NCBI GenBank assembly: GCA_905178155.1
Contig: CAJINV010000001.1
Location: 8,693,642-8,757,641, forward strand
DNA length: 64,000 bases
From: Amoebophrya sp. A120
Taxonomy: Eukaryota > Protista > Dinoflagellata
Direction of reading: 5' to 3'
Part shown: positions 12,759-25,400 of the stretch, one piece after another
Numbering within the stretch: position 1 is the stretch's first letter
Layout of the letters: the number at the start of each line of letters is the position of its first letter
Made by a program: the position numbers and the translations under genes
Notes under the pieces: generated by a model
Told to the model about the DNA's origin: nothing
Database searches by the model: none
The model's input: only the letters and a program-made list of their open reading frames with translations

Positions 12759-14034
12759 ATGAACGCGAAGGGTGTGTGCCTGCTCGCTTGCTGGGCGGCG
12801 TTCATGGTCGCCAAATGGACGCCGGCTGCTGCAATCGACGTGAAGAAACAGGCTGTGGCCGTCGACTACACCGCCGAAGCCAAGTATCGAAATGATAAAA
12901 GAAATAGCTGGGGAAACAAAAAATGAATTAGTACGGACTAGTAGAATGTTTGCATAGAAGGACGCCCGTTGGGGTCAGAATTTGATGTGAGCGATGCGAT
13001 GTTGTAGATAGCGGGTATGATTTTTTCTTCTTGTTTGGACCGCGCGCACAAGTACTTACTTCAGTGTAGGATGACAAATGTCTAAAAACGGAATGTGTGC
13101 TGCATGATCATGCAGCTTCTATTCGGGTGACGTCTCCCTTACGTTGCACTTTTATCATCTCATACTAAGGAGGAAGTCGAACAGGTGCAAGATGAAGTGT
13201 TGGGGTCGACGGCGGGTCAAGCGCAGGCGAAGCCGAAAGCATTTGTGCAGGCCGATCCGGCGACCGAGCCCGTTCCGGCACCTTCCGGTTCCGCACCCGA
13301 GACACCCGAGCAAGCACCGCCAGCTGCCAGTCCGGCACACGAGCCCGTGGAATCCCCCAGTAAACCTACACATACACGTGGTTCATTTAGTTTTCTACAC
13401 TTTTGTTCTACTTGTACTTCCGTCACGGCGTTGCATTGCATGAATGTAGAATCTTCATGTTATAACTGACACACATCCAGCGCTGTCTTGAACTTGAGCG
13501 AATTGGAATTGACATGCTTGATTCGGTTTTGGACAGTAGTTCCACTACTTCACTTCGACATTGATATAATTGATTTGCGAACCTAAAGACTATGTTGATT
13601 TTTCATTTGTGAAAGTGAATGCTTTTTGTTTCGTTCGCATAGGTTTCCGTTCCAGAGTTACCACTGGAGCAGGGCACGCATTCAACGCCACGAAGGAATG
13701 GGCGTACAACGTGTCGCAAAAGATGTACCAAAAGTACAACACCACCAGAGAGTACCTGAAAGAGAAGTTTTTTAACGTGACGAACGGCGTGAGAAATGCG
13801 GAACACGCAGCGGAGGAGAAATTGGAGCACATCAGCGACGCCACCAGGCAAGCTGCGCACCGAATCAGCAACGCCACCAGGAACGCCGCGCACAACCTCA
13901 ACGACGACATGCACGGGAATTATGCCCACGAGCACGTGGCGAGCACCACGGCCACACCGGCGGAGGAAGAATCTGCAGCACCGGCCGCAACGGAGGCCGC
14001 TGCGGCGCCGTCCGCGTCCCCGACCCCCGCGTAA
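12759..14034 (+). CDS. Secreted Ala/Pro/Glu-rich protein with 11-mer amphipathic repeats; exons 12759-12884, 13170-13359, 13643-14034
   Basis: Signal-like MNAKGVCLLACWAAFMVAKWTPAAA. Intron 1 is a decayed introner; intron 2 is GT-AG (13360-13642). Spliced length is 708 nt, in frame. Confidence 0.65.
12885..13164. mobile_element. Decayed introner (280 bp)
   Basis: Left end TATCGAAATGATAAAAG versus right-end reverse complement TATGAGATGATAAAAG. Flanks CCAAG/CTAAG. Removal with one TSD restores AEAK|EEVEQ; no in-frame GT-AG alternative found nearby. Confidence 0.65.
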
Positions 14035-14990
14035 GAATCAATCGTGATGCTTTTTTCATGGCACTTTCCTTTGCCGCGCGTGGTGGGCTGCTCTGGAACC
14101 GCTTCAAGGAAACTTATGAAGTAGAAAAAACCCGGTTGCGGGCTGCAGTTTTTACACACTATTTTTTTCAACCTAAACGCAAACCAGTAACAGATCGCAA
14201 TTAGTTACATTTGATGTACACGCATAGTCGATGGAACGCCGAGCGCAAAACGCGATGTACGTCAACTTTTTTCATGAATGATTTTGTGCTTTCGACGCAC
14301 CTGTATGATAGAACTCGAAATGCAAGAAATCTGCACTGTGAGATGACAGCGACTTTCGTTTGCCTCACCTAGTTTTCGAAGAAAACAAGACGATGAGACC
14401 GGAAAAAAACAATCTTCTGCCGCTGGCAATGCAGACAACAGTAGATAATAAATGACGAGCAGAGGCAGACCACCACTCAAAAGCAAAACACGACAATCAG
14501 TTTTGAAGGAAAACGAAAAAAATTTCTGTGAACTTTCCGGCACATGAAGAGACTACTCTCGAGGTCGAGACAAGAAGGCTTCGTCGTGTCGCAAATACGA
14601 GGTGAATCGTTCATCGACTGATGTTCCCCCTTTGTTTTCTGACTGGCTCTTATTGTGTTTTCAATAGGAAGAACATTGACGAGACGAACCGAAATAAACG
14701 TGTAGAGAGCGGCTCCACTGGTTCATGTGTCTGTACAGTGTGAATAACGACCAGGAAAAATATCTCACTCGCAGTGAGACGTCCCTCCAAGAAACTCGAT
14801 ATCTAATATATTCATATGTAGTTTGTCGACGTGTTTCTGTTTTCTGTGATGTACGGATCTGATTGTTCTTTACCTCGTGAAATGTGAATGCGTCACCTGT
14901 TCAAGTCCATTCCGACTCGACCCGGACGATTTAGGTGCTGCTGTTTAGTCTGACGGTAGAGGTTGTAGAAAAAGAAACGCGAACGCGAAG

Positions 14991-15367
14991 ATGAAGCGCT
15001 TGATCTGTGGGGCTGCTGGCCTCGCGGCCGCTGCGTTCGGTGGGGGACTTATCCTAGAGGTGTTTGGGGCAAAGCCGGTGAAGAATGTGCTGCAGGACGA
15101 CGGCAAGCAGACAGGGACAGTCCAGATGAACCGCACCTCCTTGAAAAAGTACTTAGCTTTTACAAGATTATACTTCAACTGCTTGCTCATGCTCTGCATT
15201 TTTGTCGTGCAGCCCGCTGACAGAAGACATGCGTGGGGATGATAATAGGGTTTATGACTACTACGTAGTGAAAGAAGGCTCACGTCCTTACAAATGAAAA
15301 AAACAGGAACAAAAAGGCGGCGTCCGCCACGCCTGTGAAGCCCGTTGGAGGGCCGGTGAAGCGCTGA
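14991..15367 (+). CDS. Small two-exon protein with an N-terminal hydrophobic segment
   Basis: Exon 14991-15148, GT-AG intron 15149-15306, exon 15307-15367 (K NKKAASATPVKPVGGPVKR*). Confidence 0.5.
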
Positions 15368-16913
15368 CGTAAGGCCAACGGAAAGTCTAGCTGAGACAAC
15401 CGCTAAGCGGTGGTATTTCGATAAGAAAGTAGGATGCTATGCTTGCAACTACAACGTGTTTTTCAAGATACAAGATAACTGTTGTAGCAGGTTCCGGCGG
15501 GATTGCTTATAGTAATAAAAATGTCGTGCATCAGGTGCTCCATCATGGTCCCATTTCCCATGGCGCCTTTGCTTCCCACTCGCAACGAGAGGGTGGACCA
15601 AGTGCTACATCAGCTGCTGATTATCCTTTTACCCTTGTATTGTCACTTATTTCTATTTTTCGAATGCGATGCCACTGACGACAACGTCTGCCTCTACCAT
15701 GGACCGGTCGAGATGAAATTTCGACCAAGCAGTCGCAACAAAGTGATTAAGATTATGCATGCTTGTTTACGAAGACAACGATATACTAATATTTATTAGG
15801 GAAGACGCCTACAGTGTTGCTACATCACGGTTGATACGTTCGAGACCAACTACTGGTCGATTAGTTAAGGAATTCGCTTTTCCTTCTTGTGGGACGTGCC
15901 GCAGGGCAAGCTCGTAGCCGACGTCTGATTTCTACCTACTAGGTTTCTTTTCCATTACAAGATGAGGCGTTGCGTTGGATAATAGTCGCATTGTTTTGTT
16001 GCTGGTATGAGCGCTTGCGTTGGCCAGGTACAGATGTTTCTCTATCTTTTCAGATTTGTGACCTTTTTTATATTTACTGTGTTACGGTTACGGTAACGGT
16101 TTCTCTTTCTGTTTCTACCTTGGAGTAGAGAACGCAAACTTGTTGCTCCGGGACTTTTTTTTCCGTTTACAAAACTTGTTGAGAACCACACTTGTTGAGA
16201 TGATTTACAAATTGAAATCCATAGTTAAATAGCAACGATGAAGATCTCTTTTATTGGTCAGGAAAGGGGGAACTCAATACAAAGAGTTAGTAGTGGTCAA
16301 CGCTGTGATTTCTCATTACTGGTTGCACTCCCTGTCCCTGTGTACCAGTACCAAGGTGTTGACTGAGAGGACGCAGATCATGTTGGTGCTAGAAGAGCGT
16401 GTAGTAACGTAGAGAGTTGTGGTGAGGATTTGGATTTCTTGCACTTGGCAAATTCAGGCCTGAGTGAGATCGTTCGGCTCACCGAAAAATGGAAATGAGG
16501 AGGATCCTGCTTCTACTAGCGGAAAATCTGTCAGAGATCCGCAGACAAAGGCTCGGCTCGCGCTGAGGATCATAGGAAAAGGAGATTCGGGGCGAATCCT
16601 TTTCGTAGCCCACGAGGAGCAAGGAAGCTCGGGAGTGATTTCCGAGTAACATCCTTAGTCAATATTGCCATTCTGCACTCGCCTTTTTCATGAAGCGCCA
16701 CGATATATTATCACAGATATTATGTTGCTCGTCAAATCGAACTCACCGTTTTATTTTAATTCTTCCAGGGAGCATGCTGGCCTTGGCCATATCGACATGA
16801 GAACTTGTTGGTAGAGAACGAGCCGAGCACAGATATCTCCATAGCCTCTAAGTTGGTATAGATATGCAGCATCAGTGGTGACGCGAACCAATACTATAGA
16901 AATCGAACCAATT

Positions 16914-18068
16914 ATGGCGATTGACAGGGAAGTGCAGCCGCAGCCCTGCGTTGTTGCCCTCGATGGGCTCTCCGATAACGCTGAAGCGAGAAAGGGGGAA
17001 GCGCAGCAGAAACGTTTTGAAGTAGATGAAGTTGTTGAAAACGATACCAATTCAGATGCCAGTAGCGACGCTCCCTTCGACTTGTTCGCAGAAGATGTCG
17101 ACGCGGCGGCAAATGAGGCTGACTCCTACACACACACAGAAATAATCAGTGCGGACGGACCGCAGTTAGGTGTTGCGAGTCTGGGGATGATTGACGACGT
17201 TCGGCATGCAAAGGAAATAAACCAAAACAGTAGCGGCCCGCTCTCTGGAAGTAGATCATCTTCACCAAGATGCAGTACAGCACGAGACAACCTCGCTACT
17301 GATGACAATCGCCGCGACGCGCTATCGTTGTCGCTCCGCATTAACCCGTCCCGTTCTTACGTGTGGCCGTCCGCGCGGCTCCTCGCGGAGTTTCTGCTTC
17401 AAAACCCAGCTGTGTGCGCGGGCCAGCGGGTTGTCGAGCTCGGGTGCGGACTAGGGCTCCCCTCTTTCGCGGCCGCCGCCTGCGGGGCCGCGTACGTCCT
17501 CGCGACCGACTTTTGCGAGAGGTACCTGCGGACGTTGGAGGCCGTGCGAAGTGTGAATGGGAAGTTTTCTGCGCGGCAGCTCGACACCCAACGGGTGGAT
17601 TGGTTCGACGCACTGAACCGGGAAAGGAAGCTTGCAGAACAGCATTATGATGAGGATCAGGCCGAGGATGAACAGGGGTTCGAGTGGAAGAGGCAAAGCG
17701 ATGAAAATAATAGTAGTACGTCGACCTCCACTCCCTGCAAGGTCACCGAGATGAGACGCCTACACGAAACTTTTTCTGCCTTCGACGTTTGTCTGTGCGC
17801 CGACGTGAACTACAACCCAAACACGGTGGAAGCGCTTCGCGCCACCGTCCGGGCCTCCGGAGCCGAGGTGGTGGTTTTGATTTCGCGGGAACGACGGGCC
17901 GGGTTCGACGACTTCGCGGAGTGTCTGCGCGAGGATTTCGAAATGTGCTTGCTGGATCGCTGTCCGGTCGTTTCCACACAGCACCAAATCGGCACCACCG
18001 AGGACGAACGTCACAGCCTCTTTCTATTTGCAGGCAGGCGAGTAAAGAGTGTCAAAAACAAAATTTAG
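16914..18068 (+). CDS. Methyltransf_16 family (METTL21-like) protein methyltransferase
   Basis: Motifs YVWPSARLLAEFL, VVELGCGLGLPS (motif I), LATDF, VDW and DVCLCADVNY. Confidence 0.85.
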   Translation: MAIDREVQPQPCVVALDGLSDNAEARKGEAQQKRFEVDEVVENDTNSDASSDAPFDLFAEDVDAAANEADSYTHTEIISADGPQLGVASLGMIDDVRHAKEINQNSSGPLSGSRSSSPRCSTARDNLATDDNRRDALSLSLRINPSRSYVWPSARLLAEFLLQNPAVCAGQRVVELGCGLGLPSFAAAACGAAYVLATDFCERYLRTLEAVRSVNGKFSARQLDTQRVDWFDALNRERKLAEQHYDEDQAEDEQGFEWKRQSDENNSSTSTSTPCKVTEMRRLHETFSAFDVCLCADVNYNPNTVEALRATVRASGAEVVVLISRERRAGFDDFAECLREDFEMCLLDRCPVVSTQHQIGTTEDERHSLFLFAGRRVKSVKNKI

Positions 18069-18794
18069 GACGCTTGGAGTATTGATCAAACATGCAGCGA
18101 CATTGAGTTTTTACCTCATAGTAAGTAAGTACTTAAAGTACTTACTTACTCTCTTGCTTACTTACTTACGCGATATATCTGGACGAAGTTATAAAAAAAA
18201 ACCAAAACAAGAAGGAATCAATGTAAGCTGCAGCTGGATTCTGCATGGATGTTCGTAGTTTCCAAGAAGACTACTGCAGGGATACGCTTCAAACTGATCC
18301 GGACAACAACTTCTGGATCGATTGGCTAGGAGAAGCCTTGGAGCGACGATGAGAGCTACAACATATCATTGGCTACGAAAGGGCTTTTGGTAGCACGGTC
18401 CATGTGAAGTTCAGAGCAGGATATACACTATAATGTCGTCCAACATCGAGTGAGGCTGCTTCTCGCCTGTCGTTTCTGCAACATCAGCGCATGTAAGAGG
18501 ACAAATTTACGTGCTTCTACTTTCTTATTTGTCCTACAGGTCCTTACATAGACAAGCACTGGTATATGATTTATGGTCAACATGATACGGAGATTGCAAC
18601 ATAGTAGCTCTCTTAAAGCTGAAAATCAATTTTGTCGCGGATCATAATGCCTCCCCCCGTCTCGTGTGTCGTTACCCTTACCGCTTTCCTAGTCGGTGGT
18701 CAGACTGGGCCTGGTTCCAGATTGGCGGGGCGCAAGCAGTGCCTCATGAACAAACGTGTTGGCAGTAGCATGGCGTCCTAAGAATAGCAGCACG

Positions 18795-21562
18795 ATGATG
18801 TGGCGAAAAATACCGAAGGGCACGTGGATCATTGGGTCTTGCTTAGCCCGCTTCTTCATGTCCCTCTGCCTCACATTGTGCTTGCCGTTTTACTTATTTG
18901 CGCGGATGAACCTCCACGGAGGAGGAGGGCGGTATCGGGCCAGTATTTTTGCTGCAGCCGAGATTGCAGTCCATGACGCATCCTTCGAGCAATTATCACG
19001 AGCGCCAGCGACACAAGACAGCACGCCTGCAAGCTCGGAAAGAAATGACTGGACGCCACAGCAAGTCATTGGCACCATCTTCGACGTGCTACGTGAGAAG
19101 AAGCAGACGGAGCGCAGGACTTCCAAAAAAAAGGAAGCAGCGGGCAGTTTCGAAAACAATAGGAGAACACACCCACCAGAAGACCCTTTAGCGCAGGAGC
19201 AGAGTTCCTGGTCGGGGTCGTCGTGGTGGTCATTAGCTGGTGTCGATTCCGGAGCTGTTTCGCGTCCTGCTGCACAGCTGCAGCAGCTACCGCGAGCTCT
19301 ACAATTAGCCATGAGTGAATGCGCCCCGGGCAACACGGTGAATAGTTGCTTGACTGATCACTGCACTCGATACGCAGACCGGACCCACTGCCTGGAAAAC
19401 GGGGGCGCGGACCGAGATTGTTGTGCGTTGGCGGGCACTGGCAGTTGCAAGAACACCACGGCGGCCAAATTTGTACAGATTCGGGCAAACAATCGGGAAA
19501 ACGTCTGTAACACAGGGGTGCGGGCCATCTCCACCTGCTGCATTCCCGAAGCCACCATTCTTTCGGGGGCCTACGTGGTGACTGCGGAGGACCGGGCGCG
19601 ACCGGTGTCCCGGTCGGACCGCTTGACGTGCAACGACGAGTGGTGCCGATCGCCCGGCTTGGCCCCCGCGCAATACGACTGCTGGGCGGGGTCCTCGCGC
19701 GAGGCCTGCGACTGTGACCAGGGCAAAGCGAAGCTGACGGGGCTGACCTCGGAGTACGGAGGGGACAAGTACTACAGCTACACCTGCTGTTTGGGCGACG
19801 ACTCCTCCCTATCAAATGCAAAAATGTCTGGGTCTGGGAGGATGGTGGAACTTGTCGTGCTAAATCTGAATCATGCAAGAAATCTGTGCTGCGTGATTAC
19901 CAACAGCCGTCATTTTTTACCAAGTTGAGAGGGAATTTCTCATGCAGGATAGGCATGCACATGCTAGAGATCTCACAGAGTTTGTTATGCTAGGCGCTGC
20001 ATTCCAGACCTCATGAGTCATAGAAAACCTGCATGACAAACCGTAGGGAACAGTCGTGCTCGATAATCAAAGCGACATAGAGTACAGATTCGGTTATTCG
20101 TGTTAGGCCGTAGAAGGTTGCCACGTCGTTAGCGCAAGGTTTTGACTAGGTATGAAAGAAATTAAAACATGGGAGAAAAAAGCACAACAATGATACCAGC
20201 ACCTCCCCAATGAAGGGGAGGTGTGTGCATGCTATTCCTTTTTTACCATTCCAAAGACTTAGGCCGTTCTTTTTTTCTTGAAATGGGGGAAGTCCTAGTA
20301 TGAAGTCCTAGTTAAGACACATATGCATAAGCTGCTCCAGGTCAGGGCAACTATCACAGACAAAAGTGCAGATGGAGCATGGGTGTTCTACTTGTGTGAA
20401 CTGTGATAGGCCGTGGCTGCAGGTTTCCGACTACCAAAAGACTCTGAATGCGCGGCACTAAACATTCAGGCGGGTAACAACATCTGCTATGTGATACGTA
20501 TTCTGAGAAAGTCTCTCGCTGCATTTTCGAATGTGAAGCTATGTATGAGCACTGGCTTGGAATAGCAGATATGTATGAAGATTAATGTGATGAAAAATAT
20601 GAAGTGTCTTAACAAAAGAAGGACGTGACTTCTTTTCATATTTGGGGATCTAAAGAGAAGGAAAGGGCTCACGATGCTACCTATATACAGGAGCAGCTAA
20701 ACAGGACTGAAGGGCTGGACGGGACAGGTACTGACGTCGAAGCGCTCTGCGCCTGAGACGTCACACATAGCAACAGAGATCAAACGGGCGCCGCGATACA
20801 TAAACGTGCCGATGTTGCTATCTGGGACAGACATGCAGTCGCATCGCACAACCGGGAGAAAGTAGTTTTTTTTGCATGTGGGTAGCCGTGTATAGAGGCC
20901 GAAATCCCCTCCCGCATTCAAAAAAAAAAAAAAAACCTGCATGACAAACCTGGCAATCTTCCAGACCCAGACATTTTTACAGTTGATACTCCCTGGTCGG
21001 CCGAGAGTGCGGGGACTTCAGTGAGCTGCCGGTGTGGGCAGTGCTTATCATCATCCTAGCCGTAATGTGCCTATGCTGCGGCACGTGCGCGGTTATCTTC
21101 TGCGTCTGTTGCCGCCAACAGAACCAAAATCCTCCGGGGCACACATATTACAACACGGGGGCCCAGCCACAGGTGGTGTACGGTGCGGGGCAGCAGCAAA
21201 TGATGATGCAGCACCAGCAACAAGCTTTCGGCGGACCATCTTCGTACGGGCCGCCTCCACCTGGAGGAATGCAGTACCAGACGTACGCAGGCTATCATGC
21301 TCCAGGAGGGCCTGGCAGCGGCCAGCCCCCGATGGTGATGTACCAGATGAACAACGCGCAACCCGTGATAGGGCCGGACGGGCAATTGCTATATCCCATG
21401 CAGCAACAGCCGCAGCCAGAGGGCGGCGCGTTTTTTCCTCCGGTAGGCAGTGGTGGCGGCAGTGGTGCCGAACAGCCTGGCCTGGTAACACACGGCAGGC
21501 CTGTGTCCTCCGATCAGCAGCCAAGAGGCCCCATCGTCGTAGAAATGAACCGCAAGTATTGA
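18795..21562 (+). CDS. Cys-rich type I membrane protein with a Pro/Gln/Gly-rich cytosolic tail; exons 18795-19809 and 20994-21562
   Basis: Removing introner A plus one TSD gives ...TCCLGDDSSL|VGRECGDFSELPVWAVLIIILAVMCLCC, in frame with ORF 21032. Confidence 0.8.
19810..20988. mobile_element. Introner A (TIR family 1), about 271 bp core plus a nested insert
   Basis: TATCAAATGCAAAAATGTCTGGGTCTGG...CCAGACCCAGACATTTTTACAGTTGATA; TSD CTCCC at 19805-09 and 20989-93. Confidence 0.92.
20043..20931 (+). mobile_element. Poly(A)-tailed retroposed insert (889 bp) nested in introner A
   Basis: 19-bp direct repeat AAAACCTGCATGACAAACC at 20024-42 and 20932-50, with an A-run at 20920-35 running into the second copy. 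Confidence 0.85.
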
Positions 21563-22451
21563 GTTCCTCGTGGAGCTTCGCGGTGGATGAAACCCATTTT
21601 GTGTTTCTATTGGGAATTCAATTGTTGCTCTTCGTCTTTTCTGCAGGGGCAGAGCAGCTGGCTGTGCGAAAATAAAGTGGAAGCTTGCAAGTGGCAGCAG
21701 GCAGCGAATGAGGTACTCACTTCAAGAGGTAGCCGCAACATGAGCAGACCTTCGATTGGTGGTGGGTGGCTATGGCGGCTTCTTATTTCTGTGTCACGGT
21801 GTCCAGGTGTTTCAAAAAGCTACGTTAGTTTTCGTGAAGCCGCTGGCGCAGTCCTTGCTCACAGCGAATCGTACAAAAAACATGATCTTACACCATTTCA
21901 GATCGGTTTCGGTACAGAATGGTATTGGCGTCATCGTGCTCGTGAATTGTCGCAATTTTCAGGTAAATGACTTCAAGTATTTATCCTCGATGCGAGGAAC
22001 AGACTCGTCACATATTTGATTCACTGAAAAATTTTTACAAAATTCTCAATGTCAAAACCTGTGCTTGTCTCGGATTCATCCCATTCCGTGGTCGCTGGTC
22101 GAAATGAAAGCTATCGTCCTTCGTCGCGCAGCAGTCTACCTACGTCGTGATGATCGTGTGTCGTGAAACTCCTGGATCGGTGCTACTTACGTCATTGACT
22201 CAGGCTTAGTCGGTGTAGAGGTTCGTAGACAAGTTGAAGCAACTATGTCAGAAAAAGAAGACGTTGGTTTCCGTTGCGACGAACATATAAGTATCGCTGA
22301 TGAACAAGATCGTATCTACACTTCATAGATTAGTTTGGTGGTGGTCTGAGCCCCATGTTCTTTGTTTTTTTTTCAGAAAGGGCCAGTTTCTGTACGAATA
22401 AATGGCGTCACCACCGTAGGGCAGAAACGTTAAACTAGAGAGCAAAAAAAA

Positions 22452-25400
22452 ATGGTGCTCCACCGCCCAGCGCCCAGCGCGGATCAAGATGACCCGGGCG
22501 CCTTTTCATTCGCAAGCACGAACCGGTTGCATGCGCGCCGGGGTCCCAAAGACCCGGACACGATCTTCGTAGGGGAGACGCCCGATTTTGTGTACTTGAT
22601 TGATTCGCTGGGTAATGTGTTGGTGGACGATATCCAGGAAAAAAAGTGTGTAAGTGTAACTTTCTTTGAGACACAGCATCACAAATTTGCTCTACATGAC
22701 AAAGAAAACCTGTCATGCGTGGCTTATAAGGGAAAACACACATGGAAAGAGGACTTCGTGTCTGTCTGGCATGACAGGTGTAACTCTGTTGCATGCTCTG
22801 CAACACAAGTTTACACTTACACAGTTTTTTTCTTGCATAGACGACGATCTCCGTCTGGTACAGCCCGAGGACTTGACCTGGTCGTCGCAGGGAAAGGTGC
22901 AAGTAGTAAACAAGCGGAAACTATCCTGAGTAAAAACGTACCCACACCAGAGTTGTAATGCAGATTTGCAAAGACAGGAAGACTTGTAATGCGCATCCCC
23001 ATGAGAGCCATTTCCAATCGTGTTTTGGAATTTGTGATGCTGTGAACAGGATGAGCAGATGAATCTGTGACGCGGCTGCACTTGCTAACCTGCACTACGC
23101 TGCAGAGTGCAGCTTGTCATGCGTGACTCACAAAACTCCGAGGTTTGTGTTGCAAAATCCTCATCCTGACTCTGGTGTGGGTACGTTTTTACTCAGGATA
23201 GAAACAAGGAAGTAAGAGCAGCAGACCGGCACGTCCCACCGCGGGTTCTTTCGGGCTGCTGCAGAGCCGAGGCGACGCTGTGGTTCTGGACGAAGCGCAC
23301 GCGAAGAAGCGACCCCTGGTCAAGGACGTGTCGGAGCAGATTGCAGCGGACTTTGCGAAGTCGGTGAAGCAGTCGACGAAATACCTCGGATATGCGCCAA
23401 CGGTGTCCACGGGCGGGTTCCAGGCGAAGCCTGTGTTTCCCCAGCAGCACACGCAGTACAGTGCAACGGGACAGTGGAATTCGAAGTTGTTCGATGACTA
23501 CTTGGAGGACACCAACGCACGTCTCATGCGGTCCGTGGAAAACATGCGGCAAAGTCAGAACGGCGACTATTCAAGGCGAAAAGCGTGGCGGTTTTTTGTC
23601 TCAGAAGGGCTATGCCATTTTTGCATGATGGTTCTTTGATAATCTCCTCGCCATGATGTGCTGCTGTCAGCTGATTCGATTGGATTTTCAATCGCGTGAC
23701 CGCATTAAATTCTGATACATAGATACAACAATCAAAGGTCATGCTGGTCATCCACTCAACCATGCAAGCATAAGCAACGCCCGAGGTGTACTAGTTCAAC
23801 GCATTATTTTGCTTCTTGATTGCAGCAAACCGGAGGGAACGACACACTTGACTCCTCGCGCACGGCAACGCGATGGGGCCTATTTCAAGGTACTATGGCA
23901 AGAACGGATTTTCTCTTTTTTGCAAAGTTGTGGCAGTTGTACGTACAAGTCGGGGGAGACTTCTGAAGGCCCATACCCACTATATTTTTTTATGTCATTC
24001 TGCTTTACATATGTCGTGCGTAGCAGTTATATCAATTTACATGATCAAGCAAGAGGGTTGCACACTCCGACGTCGGGCTGGCTGCCCGATGTCGACCAGC
24101 TTCCGCTGGTTCTCTGTCCTCTATCTAGAATCTCCGCTTCGTCCGGGCTTGCCTGGACTCGGCGTTTTTTCCCCGCCCTCCCACCCAGCTGCTGCAGCTT
24201 CATTGCGAGATACCCTGCGGCACCCCCCGCAAGCCTCCCCAGATGTTCGGTGGGCCATGTCGTGTTCCACGGCTTGGCCCACCTTCACGTCCGGGGCGTG
24301 GCTCTGTGGGGTTTGAGAGCTTGGCTCGCGCGGCTTGCTACTTGTAGCTCGCTGTGCCGGCCGGGTTCTCTTCTTGCTCGCCAGTGTGACCGTCGCAGGG
24401 CGTCCCGCGACGAGGACTGCAGCGCGCGTCAGCACTGCCTTCGATTATCATCGTTTCCGCGCGCTTTCGCTCGTTGGGTGAATTGCGCCAGGAATGTGAA
24501 TTTATATGTCGTGCGTAGCAGTTATATCAATTTACATGATCAAGCAAGAGGGTTGCACACTCCGACGTCGGGCTGGCTGCCCGATGTCGACCAGCTTCCG
24601 CTGGTTCTCTGTCCTCTATCTAGAATCTCCGCTTCGTCCGGGCTTGCCTGGACTCGGCGTTTTTTCCCCGCCCTCCCACCCAGCTGCTGCAGCTTCATTG
24701 CGAGATACCCTGCGGCACCCCCCGCAAGCCTCCCCAGATGTTCGGTGGGCCATGTCGTGTTCCACGGCTTGGCCCACCTTCACGTCCGGGGCGTGGCTCT
24801 GTGGGGTTTGAGAGCTTGGCTCGCGCGGCTTGCTACTTGTAGCTCGCTGTGCCGGCCGGGTTCTCTTCTTGCTCGCCAGTGTGACCGTCGCAGGGCGTCC
24901 CGCGACGAGGACTGCAGCGCGCGTCAGCACTGCCTTCGATTATCATCGTTTCCGCGCGCTTTCGCTCGTTGGGTGAATTGCGCCAGGAATGTGAATTTAT
25001 ATGTCGTGCGTAGCAGTTATATCAATTTACATGATCAAGCAAGAGGGTTGCACACTCCGACGTCGGGCTGGCTGCCCGATGTCGACCAGCTTCCGCTGGT
25101 TCTCTGTCCTCTATCTAGAATCTCCGCTTCGTCCGGGCTTGCCTGGACTCGGCGTTTTTTCCCCGCCCTCCCACCCAGCTGCTGCAGCTTCATTGCGAGA
25201 TACCCTGCGGCACCCCCCGCAAGCCTCCCCAGATGTTCGGTGGGCCATGTCGTGTTCCACGGCTTGGCCCACCTTCACGTCCGGGGCGTGGCTCTGTGGG
25301 GTTTGAGAGCTTGGCTCGCGCGGCTTGCTACTTGTAGCTCGCTGTGCCGGCCGGGTTCTCTTCTTGCTCGCCAGTGTGACCGTCGCAGGGCGTCCCGCGA

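Noticed and set aside
19810-19928. Recurring peptide 'NAKMSGSGR' at the ends of several ORFs as a shared protein domain
   Set aside because: It is the translation of the family-1 TIR, not protein.
23568-23826. Possible decayed introner (TATTCAAG... with GCGAC/GCAGC flanks)
   Set aside because: The TIR is weak, and a GC-AG intron (23576-23825) restores the same frame.
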